Shown: positions 46,183-60,631, counted from the stretch's first letter. The stretch is DNA of 64,000 bases from an uncultured Acidobacteriota bacterium (GCA_963700145.1 OY969474.1:2528001-2592000), one strand, 5' to 3'. Notes: generated by a model not told the origin, from the sequence alone. Numbers and translations are program-made.

Positions 46183-48726
46183 CTAGCCGCCTGCAAACAG
46201 CGCTTCGAACCGGGGCTCGCCCTTCAGGTTCTTGAACTCCACGTCGAACCTCGCTTCCGCCCGCGAGTAGCCTCCTCGCAGCGCCTTCTCGAGCGAGTCC
46301 AGCGTCTTCTCCCGCTCTCCGAGGAGGTTGTACACCCACGCCGCGAAGTAGAGGTAGTGGGCGGTGTTCGGACGCCGGTCGAGAGCTTCTTCGAGAGCCC
46401 GGAGGCTCTCCTCCCGGCGTCCCAGCGCGGCCAGGCTGTAGGCGAGCCAGATCCATGCGCCCGCCCTTTCCGGGTCTTCGACGAGGCGCTCGCGACAGAG
46501 CGCCACCGCGCGCTCGAACGCCGCGTCCGCGTCCTCCCGGCGTCCCGGCGCGAAGAGGTAGGCCCGCGCCAGGTTGCCGAACGCCGTCTCGTTCGCGTCC
46601 GGGAACGCCACGGCACGCTCGAACGACGCGATCGCCTCCGGGAAGCTCCCCAGGTTCATGTAGAGGCTCCCGAGGTTCGAGTACGCCCCCGGGTTGGGGC
46701 GGATGGCGAGGGAGCTCTGGTAGGCCTCGATCGCCTCCTCGTGCCGCCCCCGCCCCACGTAGGCCGTGCCGAGCGTCAGATAGGCCTCGGCGTTGTCGGG
46801 CGCGAGCACGAGAGCCTGCCGGTACTGCTCGATGGCGGCGTCGTACCGCTCGGAGTCGAGGTAGTAGCCGCCCAGGGACCAGTACCCCGCCCAGTAGCGC
46901 GGCTGGAAGTCGATGACCCGCTTCCAGGTGCGCTCCGCCTGCTCGGTGACGCCCTGATCCAGGAAGACCTGCCTCAGCTCGCGGTAGGCGTCGAGCAGGG
47001 TGGGGTCCAGCTCGATCGCCCGGACGTACTCTTCCTGGGCGTCGACGGTGCCTCCGCGCGCCCGGTTCACCCCGGCGAGGCAGAGGTGAGCCGCGGCCAG
47101 CTCGTCGTCGATCTCGGCGGCCTCGCGACAGGCGGCGCCGGCGGCGTTCAGGCTGGCGGGCCGACGCGACCTGAGATAGCGCTGGAGGTGGATCTCCCCT
47201 TCCAGGACCCGGGCCGGCGCAAAGCTCGGGTCCTGCTCGAGGGCGCGCTGCACGAACGCCAGCGCCGCGCCGGGATCCGGCGCCGCTCGCGCGCGGAGGA
47301 AGAGGTCGAAGGCCACGGGCTCCCGGGACGGAGCCGGGCCGGGCCGGTAACGGACGGCAAGCCCGGGCCTGTCGCCGAGGAGCTCCGCCAGGGCCGCGCC
47401 CGCCCGGTCCAAGAGGTCGAAAGGCTCGCGGACACTCCCCTCGACCAGCTCGCTCCCCAGGGTGCGCCGGCGCCGCCGCTCCTGCACCTGGAACCGCAGG
47501 GTCACCGTCTCGTCGACTTTCCGGACGTCGGCTTCGACGACGAGGTCGGGCAGCGGGTCGCTCCCGGGGGGCACGATCCAGACACCGTCGAGGCCGCCCA
47601 GCCGCTCGCCGAGGGCCGCGATCAGCCCGCTGCGGAAGTACTCCGGTGCCACCTTGCCCGGGAAGAGCCGCGCTTCGCTCACGGCGAGATGGGGGAGCGG
47701 CGGCCGCGCCGGCGGGCTTCCCCGGTTGATCGCCCAGAGCGCGACCACGAGGGCCAGGGAGAGCGCGGCCGCGAGGGCCGCGGCCACCGGGCGCCGGCGC
47801 GACGGCCGCGCGGGCAGGGAACGCTGCGAGACCACCCCGCTCGCCAGCTCGGCCTGGAGGCCCGCGAGCTGGTTGCGCAGGTCCATCGCCGACTGCAGCC
47901 GCTGCTCCGGGTCCTTCTCGAGGCAGGAGCGGAGGATCCGGTCCAGGTGCTCCGGCAGGTGCCGCTTGACCCCGAGGAGCGGGGGCGGATCGTCGCGGAG
48001 GATCGCCGAGACGGTGTCGGCCGAGGAGGCCCGCTGGAACGGGTGCTGCCCGGCGACCATCTGGTAGAGCACGAGCCCGAGCGCGAAGATGTCGGAGCGC
48101 TCGTCGGCGATGCCGCTGCGGATCTGCTCGGGCGCCATGTAGGCGGGTGTCCCCACCACCGCTCCGAACGCCGTCTGACCCTCGGTCGGCGCGCTGGTGA
48201 CGGCCGCCGGGTCCGCGGGGACCGCCCTCAGCTTCGCCAGGCCGAAGTCCAGGACCTTGACCCGTCCTTGCGGCGTCACGAGCACGTTCTTGGGCTTGAG
48301 GTCGCGATGGACCAGGCCCTCCTCGTGGGCCGCGGCGAGCGCGTCGACGAGGGGGATGGCGAGGGCGAAGAACTTCGGCAGCTCGAGCCCTTCGGCCGGG
48401 ATGACCTCGCCGAGGCTCTGCCCCGCGACCAGCTCCATCGCCAGGAGGAGCTCGCCTTCGAGCTCTTCGACGGCGTAGAGCGTGACGATGTTGGGGTGGT
48501 TGAGGGCGGCGAGGCTGCGGGCCTCGCGCCGGAAGCGCGCCAGCCGGTCCGCGTGACCGGCCATCTCCGGAGGCAGCGCCTTGAGCGCCAGCTGCCGGCC
48601 GAGCTGGAGGTCCTCGGCCCGGTACACCACCCCCATCCCGCCGCGCCCGATCTCTTCGACGATCCGGTAGTGCCCCAGCGTGCGGCCGACCGGTCCGGAG
48701 TCCTCCCTCCCGGAGCCTGCGATCAC
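46183..48726 (-). CDS. Hanks-type Ser/Thr kinase with TM and TPR domain
   Basis: GRGGMG, HRDLKP, DFG, YMAPE; TM; many TPRs. Confidence 0.93.
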   Translation of the reverse strand: MIAGSGREDSGPVGRTLGHYRIVEEIGRGGMGVVYRAEDLQLGRQLALKALPPEMAGHADRLARFRREARSLAALNHPNIVTLYAVEELEGELLLAMELVAGQSLGEVIPAEGLELPKFFALAIPLVDALAAAHEEGLVHRDLKPKNVLVTPQGRVKVLDFGLAKLRAVPADPAAVTSAPTEGQTAFGAVVGTPAYMAPEQIRSGIADERSDIFALGLVLYQMVAGQHPFQRASSADTVSAILRDDPPPLLGVKRHLPEHLDRILRSCLEKDPEQRLQSAMDLRNQLAGLQAELASGVVSQRSLPARPSRRRPVAAALAAALSLALVVALWAINRGSPPARPPLPHLAVSEARLFPGKVAPEYFRSGLIAALGERLGGLDGVWIVPPGSDPLPDLVVEADVRKVDETVTLRFQVQERRRRRTLGSELVEGSVREPFDLLDRAGAALAELLGDRPGLAVRYRPGPAPSREPVAFDLFLRARAAPDPGAALAFVQRALEQDPSFAPARVLEGEIHLQRYLRSRRPASLNAAGAACREAAEIDDELAAAHLCLAGVNRARGGTVDAQEEYVRAIELDPTLLDAYRELRQVFLDQGVTEQAERTWKRVIDFQPRYWAGYWSLGGYYLDSERYDAAIEQYRQALVLAPDNAEAYLTLGTAYVGRGRHEEAIEAYQSSLAIRPNPGAYSNLGSLYMNLGSFPEAIASFERAVAFPDANETAFGNLARAYLFAPGRREDADAAFERAVALCRERLVEDPERAGAWIWLAYSLAALGRREESLRALEEALDRRPNTAHYLYFAAWVYNLLGEREKTLDSLEKALRGGYSRAEARFDVEFKNLKGEPRFEALFAGG

Positions 48727-48795
48727 GCGGTCCTCTCCGCAGCGATGTGCTGCCGGTCTGTTCTTAGAGGATGATTTTACACGACCGCTTTTGCG

Positions 48796-50040
48796 CTACC
48801 GCCGCCGTCGCTCTTCCCGCCCCTTGAAGAAGTCGCCGAGCGAGCCGAAGCCGCTGCCGGCCGGGCTGCCGCCGGCGCTCTCGCGGGCGTACTCGCGCAC
48901 TTCCTCGGCCCCCGCCTCCGTCGACTCGCCGGCCATCGAGAGCGAGATGCGGCGCCGCTGGCGGTCGACGCCGAGCACCGTGACCTCGACCTCCTGGCCC
49001 GGCTTGACGACTTCGCGCGGGTGGCTCACGCGGCGGCCGGCGCCGAGCTCCGAGACGTGGACCAGCCCTTCGAGACCGGGCGCGACCTCGACGAAGGCGC
49101 CGAAGGACTCCAGCCGCGCCACGCGCCCCGTGACGCGCGTCCCTTGCGGGAAGCGCTCGGCCGCCTCCTGCCACGGGTCCCCTTCGAGGGCGCGGCGGGA
49201 GAGCGAGATCCGCTCCGGCTGGCGGCCGTCCTTCCCCTTCTCGACCTTGATGACCTGGACCTCGATCTCCTGCCCGACCGTGAGCACCTCCTGCGGGTGC
49301 TCGACCCGGCGGTGGGAGAGCTCGGAGACGTGCAGCAGCCCCTCGAGGCCGCCGACGTCGACGAAGGCGCCGTAGCTGGCGAGGGAGGTGACCTTGCCCT
49401 TGAGCACGGCGCCCGGCTTGAGCAGCTCGCGGGTCTCCGCAGCGCGGTTCTGCGCCTCCTGCTCGAGCAGGGCGCGGCGCGACAGCACGATGTTCGGGCG
49501 CCGCCCCTTCGGGTCGTCTTCGAGGCGGAGGATCTTGAAGGTGAGCTTCTGGCCGAGGAAGCGGTTGGGGTCCTCGACGTAGCGCAGGTCGAGCTGCGAC
49601 AGCGGGCAGAAGCCGCGCTGGCCGGCGACCTTGACCTCGAGGCCGCCCTTGTTGACGCCGGTCACCGTCCCCTCGAGCGGGATGCCGTGGAGGTGCGCCT
49701 GGCGCAGCTCCTCCTTGATCTGCGGGCCGCGCGCCGGCTTGGCGCGCACCACGACGCCGCCGGTCTCGGGGTCGGTCGCCGAGACCGTCCCTTCGACGCG
49801 GTCGCCGACCTCGACGGTCAGCGCCCCTGCCTCGTCCTTGAGACCGTCGAGCGGCACCACCCCCTCGGCCTTGCCGCCGAGGTCGACGAGCGCGGCGTCC
49901 TCGCCGATCGAGAGGATCTCGCCGCTCACCGTCTCTCCTACTTCGGGCTCGCCGCCGCCGGCCGCGCCGCCGCCCTGCTGCTCGAACTCTTCGAGCATGG
50001 CGCCGAAGTCCTGCTCCTCGGTTCGGTTCTGGTCATCCAT
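48796..50040 (-). CDS. Four-S1-domain RpsA-like RNA-binding protein
   Basis: DFGAMLEE N-helix; repeated GAFVDV/GLLHVSEL; ISLS. Confidence 0.9.
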   Translation of the reverse strand: MDDQNRTEEQDFGAMLEEFEQQGGGAAGGGEPEVGETVSGEILSIGEDAALVDLGGKAEGVVPLDGLKDEAGALTVEVGDRVEGTVSATDPETGGVVVRAKPARGPQIKEELRQAHLHGIPLEGTVTGVNKGGLEVKVAGQRGFCPLSQLDLRYVEDPNRFLGQKLTFKILRLEDDPKGRRPNIVLSRRALLEQEAQNRAAETRELLKPGAVLKGKVTSLASYGAFVDVGGLEGLLHVSELSHRRVEHPQEVLTVGQEIEVQVIKVEKGKDGRQPERISLSRRALEGDPWQEAAERFPQGTRVTGRVARLESFGAFVEVAPGLEGLVHVSELGAGRRVSHPREVVKPGQEVEVTVLGVDRQRRRISLSMAGESTEAGAEEVREYARESAGGSPAGSGFGSLGDFFKGREERRRR

Positions 50041-50211
50041 CGTGCTGTCCTCTACGTCTGTGCGACTTCGTATGTCCGCGGCGGGTTACCGGCTCGCTAA
50101 CGCTGCACCTGGGCGGGGTTGGAACGCGGCGGCTCGCGGTGGGGTCTCGACAACGCGCGGCATTGTAGCCCATCGGGAGCGCCCGCGCACCCCGTGCTAC
50201 CCTTCGCCGGC

Positions 50212-50943
50212 ATGCTCCCCGAGGAGCGGTGGCGGGCGGGCGCGGCGGCGGGGCTGACGCTCGCCGTCATCGTCGTCTGGCAGGGGGCGCAGGTCGTCGT
50301 CCTCGGGGCCTGCGCGGTCGTGCTGGCGCTGCGCGGCGAGTCGCTCGCGGGGATGGCCTGGATGGCCCGCTACCTGGGGCTGCTGCTCTCCCTGAGCACG
50401 CTCGTCGCGGCGCCGGTCGGCATCGCGCTGATCATCCTCTTCATCCGTTTGCGGCGCGGGCTGCCGGTGCGCGATGCGCTCGGGCTGCGCGCGCCAAGCC
50501 TCCGCCAGGCCCTCCTCTGGACGCTGGCGCTCGTCGCCTTCCTCGCCGCCTACGATCTCGCGGCGCGCGCGCTCGGGCGGCCGGTCAGCCCCGAGGTGAT
50601 GGTGGACAGCTACCGCACCAGCGTCTGGCCGCCGCTCTTCTGGGTGGCGGTGGCGGTGGCGGCGCCGCTCTTCGAGGAGCTGCTCTTCCGCGGCTTCCTG
50701 CTGCCGAGCCTCGCCGCCTCGCGGCTGGGGGCGGCCGGCGCGGCGGCGCTCTCCTCGCTCCTCTTCGCCGCCCTCCACCTGCAGTACGACCTCTTCGACA
50801 TGACGGGCGTCTTCCTGCTCGGCGCGCTCTTCGCCGCCGCGCGCCTGGCGAGCGGCTCGACGCTCCTGACCATCGGCCTCCACGTCCTCACCAACGTCCT
50901 CGCCCTGGTGCAGCTGGCGCAAGTCGTCGGCGAGCCGCCGTAA
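50212..50943 (+). CDS. CPBP/Abi intramembrane metalloprotease
   Basis: APLFEELLFRG, FAALH, LHVLTN. Confidence 0.9.
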   Translation: MLPEERWRAGAAAGLTLAVIVVWQGAQVVVLGACAVVLALRGESLAGMAWMARYLGLLLSLSTLVAAPVGIALIILFIRLRRGLPVRDALGLRAPSLRQALLWTLALVAFLAAYDLAARALGRPVSPEVMVDSYRTSVWPPLFWVAVAVAAPLFEELLFRGFLLPSLAASRLGAAGAAALSSLLFAALHLQYDLFDMTGVFLLGALFAAARLASGSTLLTIGLHVLTNVLALVQLAQVVGEPP

Positions 50944-50982
50944 CGCGCGGGGGCCGCGGCGCGCCCAAGCTGGCGGACGAGC

Positions 50983-51837
50983 TTGGCCGTGCAACCCCCC
51001 CGCGAACCCTCCGCCGCCCCGCCGCCGCGCCCGTCGCCCTGGGAGGAGCGCGCCGCCCAGAAGCTGCTCGTCGCCCTCGCGCCGCGCCTGCCGCGGGTGG
51101 CGGTCACCGCGCCGCCGAGGCGGCTGGCGCCGTACGAGCGCTTCACCATCCCGCGGGCCGGCCGCGCCGGCGGGCTGGCCGCCACCTGGTATCCGGCGCC
51201 GGCGGCCCGCGGCGCCGTCCTCCTCGTCCACCCCTGGATGGAGTGGGGGCAGACCTACTTCCACCGCCGCGGCCGCGTCGAGGCGCTGCGGCGGGCCGGC
51301 TATCACGCCCTCAGCTTCGATCTGCCGGGCTTCGGCGGCAGCGCGGCGGCCGACGGGCTCTACGACCGCGACGTCGAGGACGCCCTCGCGGCCCTCGCCG
51401 CGCGCGCCCCGGGGCTGCCGCTCCACGTCTGGGGGATCAGCTCCGGCGGCTACTGGGCGCTGGCGGTCTTGGCACGGCGCAACGGCGTCGCCGGCGCGAT
51501 GTTCGAGGACGTGGCCTCCCACCTGCTACGCTGGTCGCGGCGGGAGGCGCCGCTCGGCACGCCGGCCTACCGCTGCTTCGAGTGGCTCCTGCCGCGCGCC
51601 TTCCGCTACCTCGACATGACGCGCCACGCGCCGCACCTGACGGCGCGGTCGGCGACCTTCCTGAGCGGCGCGCTCGACCGCGGCGTCCGCCCCGCCGACA
51701 CCGAGCGGCTGGCGCGCCTCGCCGGCGCCGGCTGCCGGATCGTGCCGGACGCCCCCCACCTCGGCGCCATCAAGCAGGCGACGGGGGAGGTGATCGGGTT
51801 GGCGCTGGAGACCTTCGAGCGGGCTACTTCCAGATAG
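50983..51837 (+). CDS. Alpha/beta hydrolase
   Basis: FDLPGFGGS, GISSGG nucleophile elbow, D and H near the C-terminus. Confidence 0.8.
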   Translation: MAVQPPREPSAAPPPRPSPWEERAAQKLLVALAPRLPRVAVTAPPRRLAPYERFTIPRAGRAGGLAATWYPAPAARGAVLLVHPWMEWGQTYFHRRGRVEALRRAGYHALSFDLPGFGGSAAADGLYDRDVEDALAALAARAPGLPLHVWGISSGGYWALAVLARRNGVAGAMFEDVASHLLRWSRREAPLGTPAYRCFEWLLPRAFRYLDMTRHAPHLTARSATFLSGALDRGVRPADTERLARLAGAGCRIVPDAPHLGAIKQATGEVIGLALETFERATSR

Positions 51838-52825
51838 CCACTTCGAAGCGGCCGGAGGCGTCGGCGGCGCCGCGGTACATCCCCGGCGAGTTGAAGGCCA
51901 TGACGATCGAGCCGTCGCGGCCGACGGCGATGATGCCGCCGTCGTCGGGCTCGAGCACCTCGAAGACTACCTGCCGCGCCGCCTCCTCCAGCGAGAGCTT
52001 GCGGTAGGCCATGCGCGCCGCGACGTCGTAGGCCACGGCGTGGCGGATGAACTCCTCCCCCTTGCCGGTGCCGGAGACCGCGCAGGTGGCGTTGTCGGCG
52101 TAGGTGCCGGCGCCGACGATCGGCGTGTCGCCGACCCGCCCCCAGCGCTTGTCGGTGCGGCCGCCGGTCGAGGTGGCGGCGGCGAGGTCGCCGTTGCGGT
52201 CGAGCGCCACCGCGCCGACGGTGCCGTGCTCTTTGGCGCCCCCGGCCGCGGCCTCCTTGGCCTTCTTCGCCATCTCCTCCTGCCACTCCTGGTAACGGCG
52301 CGGCGTCGCGAACCAGGCGTTGGGCACGCGCGCCACGCCCATCTCGTCGGCGAACCGCTCCGCCCCGTGCCCCATGAGCAGGACGTGCTCGGTGCGCTCC
52401 ATGACCAGCCGCGCCAGGGTGATCGGGTGGCGCACGGTCGTCACCGCCGCCACCGCGCCGCAGGCGTGCGTCCTGCCGTCCATGATCGAGGCGTCCAGCT
52501 CGTGGCCGCCGGCGTGGTTGAAGACGGCGCCCTTGCCGGCGTTGAACAGGGGATCGTCCTCGAGGAAGCGGACGATCCGCTCGACGGCGTCGAGGCTGCG
52601 GCCGCCGCCGTCGAGCACCCCTTTGCCGATCGTCAGTGCCTGGGTCAGCGACGCGACGTAGGCGCGCCGCCGGTCCTCGGTCATCTTGGCGCGGTCGATC
52701 GTGCCGGCGCCGCCGTGGACGGCGAGCGCCCAGGCGACCTTGGGGCGGGCCGGCGCGGCGGGCTCGTCGCCTCCGCCGCAGGCCGAGAGCAGAACTGCCG
52801 CGAGAATCGCGCACCGTCGCTTCAT
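51824..52825 (-). CDS. iaaA: Isoaspartyl peptidase/L-asparaginase (Ntn hydrolase) lipoprotein
   Basis: HGGAG, FNAGKG, GTVGAVA, TSTGG, GRVGDTP; lipobox LLSAC. Confidence 0.92.
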   Translation of the reverse strand: MKRRCAILAAVLLSACGGGDEPAAPARPKVAWALAVHGGAGTIDRAKMTEDRRRAYVASLTQALTIGKGVLDGGGRSLDAVERIVRFLEDDPLFNAGKGAVFNHAGGHELDASIMDGRTHACGAVAAVTTVRHPITLARLVMERTEHVLLMGHGAERFADEMGVARVPNAWFATPRRYQEWQEEMAKKAKEAAAGGAKEHGTVGAVALDRNGDLAAATSTGGRTDKRWGRVGDTPIVGAGTYADNATCAVSGTGKGEEFIRHAVAYDVAARMAYRKLSLEEAARQVVFEVLEPDDGGIIAVGRDGSIVMAFNSPGMYRGAADASGRFEVAIWK

Positions 52826-54441
52826 GCCCTCTCCTCCTCCCGCCGCAGCAGCACCAGCGTCTGGTCGTCCCCCTGCGGCGTGCCGGCGCCGAAGGCGCAG
52901 GTGGCCCCGTCGATGGCCTCCACCAGCTCCGCGAGCGGCAGGTCGCGGTGCTCGGCGAGGAGCGCCGCCAGGCGGTCGGTGCCGAACTCCTCGTCGCCGG
53001 GCGACAGGCACTCGGTGATGCCGTCGCTGTAAAGGCAGAGGAGGTCGCCAGGCGCCAGCACCACCGCGCGCGCCTGGTAGCGGCTGCCCGGCATGAGCCC
53101 CACCGGCAGGCCGCAAGCGTCGAGCCACTCGACCTCACCGTCCCGCCGCAGCAGGAGCCCCGGGTTGTGGCCGGCGTTGACGTAGCGCAGCGCGCCGCTG
53201 CCGGGGTCGAGCTCGGCCAGCAGCAGGGTGATGTACTTGCTCGGTGCCGAGGAGGCGAGGACGTGCGCCGAGAGCGCCTCGACCAGCTCCGGCCCCGGCG
53301 GGTAGCGGTCGAGCAGCAGGCGCAGCCCGGAGTGGAGGGTCGAGACCATCAGCGCCGCCGGCACCCCCTTGCCCGAGACGTCCCCCACCGCCAGGCCGAT
53401 CTGCCCGCCCGGCAGCGACAGCAGGTCGAAGTAGTCGCCCCCCACCTGCCGCGCCGGCCGGTTCCAGCCGAAGAGGGAGTAGCCGGGGACGGGCGGGGCG
53501 CCGGTCGGCAGGATGAGGCGCTGGATCTCGGCGGCGAGCTCCATCTCGCGCGCCATCCGCTCGTTCTCGAGCGCCTGCTGGTGGAGGCGGACGTTCTCGA
53601 GCGCCAGCGCCGCCTGGGTGGCGAAGAGGACGAGGATGCGCCGGTCGCCCTCGGGGAAGGGCGCGAGACCCCGCCGGGTCTCCTTGTCGCCGACGGCGAG
53701 GAAGCCACGCGGGCCGGCCTCGACCTGGATCGGCACGCCGATCGCGTAGCGCGCGCCGGGCAGGAGCGCCGCCGGCGCCTGCCCCTCGCCGGCCAGGAAG
53801 CGCGCGAGCTCCGGGTCAGCGACCGCCACCTCCGCCGCCGCCGCGCCGCCGAAGGCGCGGTCCAGCCGGTAGCTGCCGTTCTCGATCAGGTAGAGCGCGG
53901 CGCGGCGCGCGTCGAGCAGCGAGATCGCCCGCAGCAACACCTCTTCGGCCAGCCGCTCGCGGTCGAGCGTGCCGGCCACCGCCAGCCCGACGTCGTAGAG
54001 GGCCTCGAGCTCGACGATCCGGTAGTTGACCTGGAAGCGCTCGGCCTTGATCTGCTGCTTGAGACGCCGGTTGGTCGCCGCGGCGCCGAGGAGGAGGGTG
54101 AGCTGCGCCGCCGCCCCGGCCGCCGCCGCCGCGGCCTCGGGGGGCTCGACGACCAGCGCGCCGCCGGGGAGCGGCACGACGCCGGCGGCGCCGTCGGCCA
54201 CGTCGTCGCGCTCGAGGATCGACGGGAACCCGTCCCCGATCGCCACCTCCCGCCGCAGCAGCTCGCCCTGCTCCAGGTAGAGCGCCACGCCGCGGGCGCC
54301 GCTGGTCCGCGCCCATACCTCCACCAGGTGGCGCAGCAGCAGGTGGTCGGCCGACTCCTCGCGCGCCAGCTCGAGCAGGCGCCCCCAGGCCTCCGGCTCG
54401 GCGGCGGGGTCGGAGCCGGGGCCCGGCAGCGGCAGGCTCAT
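52822..54441 (-). CDS. GAF plus SpoIIE/RsbU PP2C phosphatase
   Basis: VGGDYFD, GDVSGKG, NAGH, YSDG, DDQT. Confidence 0.93.
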   Translation of the reverse strand: MSLPLPGPGSDPAAEPEAWGRLLELAREESADHLLLRHLVEVWARTSGARGVALYLEQGELLRREVAIGDGFPSILERDDVADGAAGVVPLPGGALVVEPPEAAAAAAGAAAQLTLLLGAAATNRRLKQQIKAERFQVNYRIVELEALYDVGLAVAGTLDRERLAEEVLLRAISLLDARRAALYLIENGSYRLDRAFGGAAAAEVAVADPELARFLAGEGQAPAALLPGARYAIGVPIQVEAGPRGFLAVGDKETRRGLAPFPEGDRRILVLFATQAALALENVRLHQQALENERMAREMELAAEIQRLILPTGAPPVPGYSLFGWNRPARQVGGDYFDLLSLPGGQIGLAVGDVSGKGVPAALMVSTLHSGLRLLLDRYPPGPELVEALSAHVLASSAPSKYITLLLAELDPGSGALRYVNAGHNPGLLLRRDGEVEWLDACGLPVGLMPGSRYQARAVVLAPGDLLCLYSDGITECLSPGDEEFGTDRLAALLAEHRDLPLAELVEAIDGATCAFGAGTPQGDDQTLVLLRREEERA

Positions 54442-54449
54442 CGCGCGGC

Positions 54450-54800
54450 TCAGCCGCGCAGAGCGGCCACGGCCGTGGCCTCGTCGCCGTAGATCGGCGC
54501 GTACTGCGTGAGGCCCATGATGTGGAAGGTCTTGTCGATCGTCGGGGTGAGGCGGCAGAAGGCGAGACGGCCGCCGATCTCGATCATCTTCTCGATGATC
54601 TCGATCAGGATCGAGATGCCGATCGAGTTGACGATCGTCGTGCCCTCGAGGTTGAGCAGCAGCGCCTTGTGCCCCTCGTCGATCAGAGAGTAGGCGACGC
54701 GGGCGATCTCCTCCCCCGCCTGGTTGTTGATGTAGCCCTTGGTGTAGATGACGGCCAAGCCGTCTCGGCGGTCCGCGGTGACTGTCGGGTGGTCGGTCAT
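54450..54800 (-). CDS. STAS anti-sigma-factor antagonist (RsbV-like)
   Basis: LLLNLEG..IVNSIGIS; 116 aa. Confidence 0.9.
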   Translation of the reverse strand: MTDHPTVTADRRDGLAVIYTKGYINNQAGEEIARVAYSLIDEGHKALLLNLEGTTIVNSIGISILIEIIEKMIEIGGRLAFCRLTPTIDKTFHIMGLTQYAPIYGDEATAVAALRG

Positions 54801-54824
54801 AGTGTCTTTCGTACGCCTCGTGCC

Positions 54825-55262
54825 CTACCGCCGCCGCTTGCTCATGACCACGGTCGTCCCCTCGCGCCCGGAATGGATCTCCACCTCGTCCATCAGCCCG
54901 CGGATGATCTTGAGCCCCCAGCCGCGCTTGCGGTCCTCGCGCAGCTTCGCCTCGATGCTCGGCTCCTCGATCGACTCCGGGTCGAAGCCGATTCCGGAGT
55001 CCCGGACCGTGATGCGCAGCTCTTCCGGCTCGCCCTTGCCCACCACCTCGAAGGTCATCGTCACCTGGCGGTCGGGCGAGTGGCTGTGCTCGAAGGCGTT
55101 GATGCAGGCCTCGATCACCGCCATGCGAACCTCGTCGATTCTATCCGGACTCATCTTCATGAACTCGGCGATGGCCGTGGCGGTCTTGCTCGCCGCGACT
55201 TCCATGTCGGGCGCCATCGGCAGCGTGAGGGTGACCTCCCTCAGGATGGCCTGGCCGTTCAT
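54825..55262 (-). CDS. Anti-sigma factor / Ser kinase (RsbW-like)
   Basis: EACINAFEH, DSGIGF, RGWGLKII..LMDEV. Confidence 0.92.
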   Translation of the reverse strand: MNGQAILREVTLTLPMAPDMEVAASKTATAIAEFMKMSPDRIDEVRMAVIEACINAFEHSHSPDRQVTMTFEVVGKGEPEELRITVRDSGIGFDPESIEEPSIEAKLREDRKRGWGLKIIRGLMDEVEIHSGREGTTVVMSKRRR

Positions 55263-55290
55263 GGCTCAGAGGCGCGCGGGCGAAGTGCCC

Positions 55291-55449
55291 TCAGAAGGAG
55301 AGGTAGAGCTGCAGGGCGAAGACGACGAGCGGGTCGATCAGGTCGTTGGCGAGCAGCCAGACGAAGCTCGACAGCGTTCCGGCCGAGAGCAACAGGCGGG
55401 CGGGCACCTGAGGGACGGTAGCGGCGTGGCGGCGCAGGGCTTGGAGCAT
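55291..55449 (-). CDS. Unannotated 52-aa hydrophobic peptide
   Basis: GAGGAGG RBS; MLQALRRHAATVPQVPARLLLSAGTLSSFVWLLANDLIDPLVVFALQLYLSF; host-like codon use. Confidence 0.7.
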   Translation of the reverse strand: MLQALRRHAATVPQVPARLLLSAGTLSSFVWLLANDLIDPLVVFALQLYLSF

Positions 55450-55478
55450 TCCATTCCTCCTCGTCGCCGCCGATCATT

Positions 55479-55707
55479 GCCAGGGGGCTGCCAGCCGCTG
55501 CCGCGGACCTGTCACCGGGCCGTAACCTCAAGATGGCGAGGAGCTTACACGAACCGCTGCGGCGTGACGGCGGCGCGGCGCTGGTAGAGCCTGCGACATT
55601 CTGACGCAGAAACAACCCGGCCGCTCGCGCGTAGTACGTCAAAAGCCCTACGTCCGTAGGGCCCAACCACCGAGAGACAGAATGCCGCGCCCGCGGCAGA
55701 ATGTCGC
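55479..55707 (-). promoter_or_regulatory. sigma54-type promoter, three enhancer palindromes and a terminator
   Basis: TGGCAGCCCCCTGGC at 55493-55479; GCGnCA-N3-TGnCGC at 55593, 55674 and 55693; GCCCTAC-GGAC-GTAGGGC-TTTT hairpin near 55642-55663. Confidence 0.65.
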
Positions 55708-55713
55708 GCGCGG

Positions 55714-57201
<1,488 letters not shown>

Positions 57202-57236
57202 GAGGGAATTCTAGCGACAGGGCGCCGCGAGCACTG

Positions 57237-57539
57237 TTATCGATCCTGCTCCTGCATCTCGTTGAGCTCCCGCCGCGCCTCCTCCAGGCGATTCACGGCG
57301 TCGATCTTCTCCTGCTCGGTGCCCTCCATGGTGCGGATCTCCTCCGCCATGCGCTCGATCTCGGCGGCCTTCTCCTCCATCCGGCGAGTGCGCTCGGCCT
57401 CATCCGAAACGGCAGAGTCGGTTGCCGCGGAGGAAGTGCCGCTCGGCGGCGGCTCGCAGCTCCACGTGACCGGCAGCAGCAGCGCGAGCAGAGACAGCAG
57501 CGGCCACGACGGGAAACGACGGACTCGACTCTCTTTCAT
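57237..57539 (-). CDS. Small coiled-coil lipoprotein
   Basis: AGGAGG RBS; lipobox-like VTWSC; E/R-rich helices. Confidence 0.75.
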   Translation of the reverse strand: MKESRVRRFPSWPLLSLLALLLPVTWSCEPPPSGTSSAATDSAVSDEAERTRRMEEKAAEIERMAEEIRTMEGTEQEKIDAVNRLEEARRELNEMQEQDR

Positions 57540-57555
57540 GGCGGCCTCCTGCGAC

Positions 57556-60510
<2,955 letters not shown>

Positions 60511-60589
60511 GGGAAGCCGACGAGGATTCTACAGCCCTGAAACGACCGGCCGGCCCGCCGGCACTGCAGGTGAATCCCAAGAGCAGACC

Positions 60590-60617
60590 GGGCAGCCGGT
60601 CGGCGGCCCGGCTGCCC
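60590..60617 (-). terminator. 10-bp GC hairpin after the DUF4038 gene
   Basis: GGGCAGCCGG-N8-CCGGCTGCCC; weak U-tract. Confidence 0.45.
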
Positions 60618-60631
60618 TGGGTTTCACGAGC

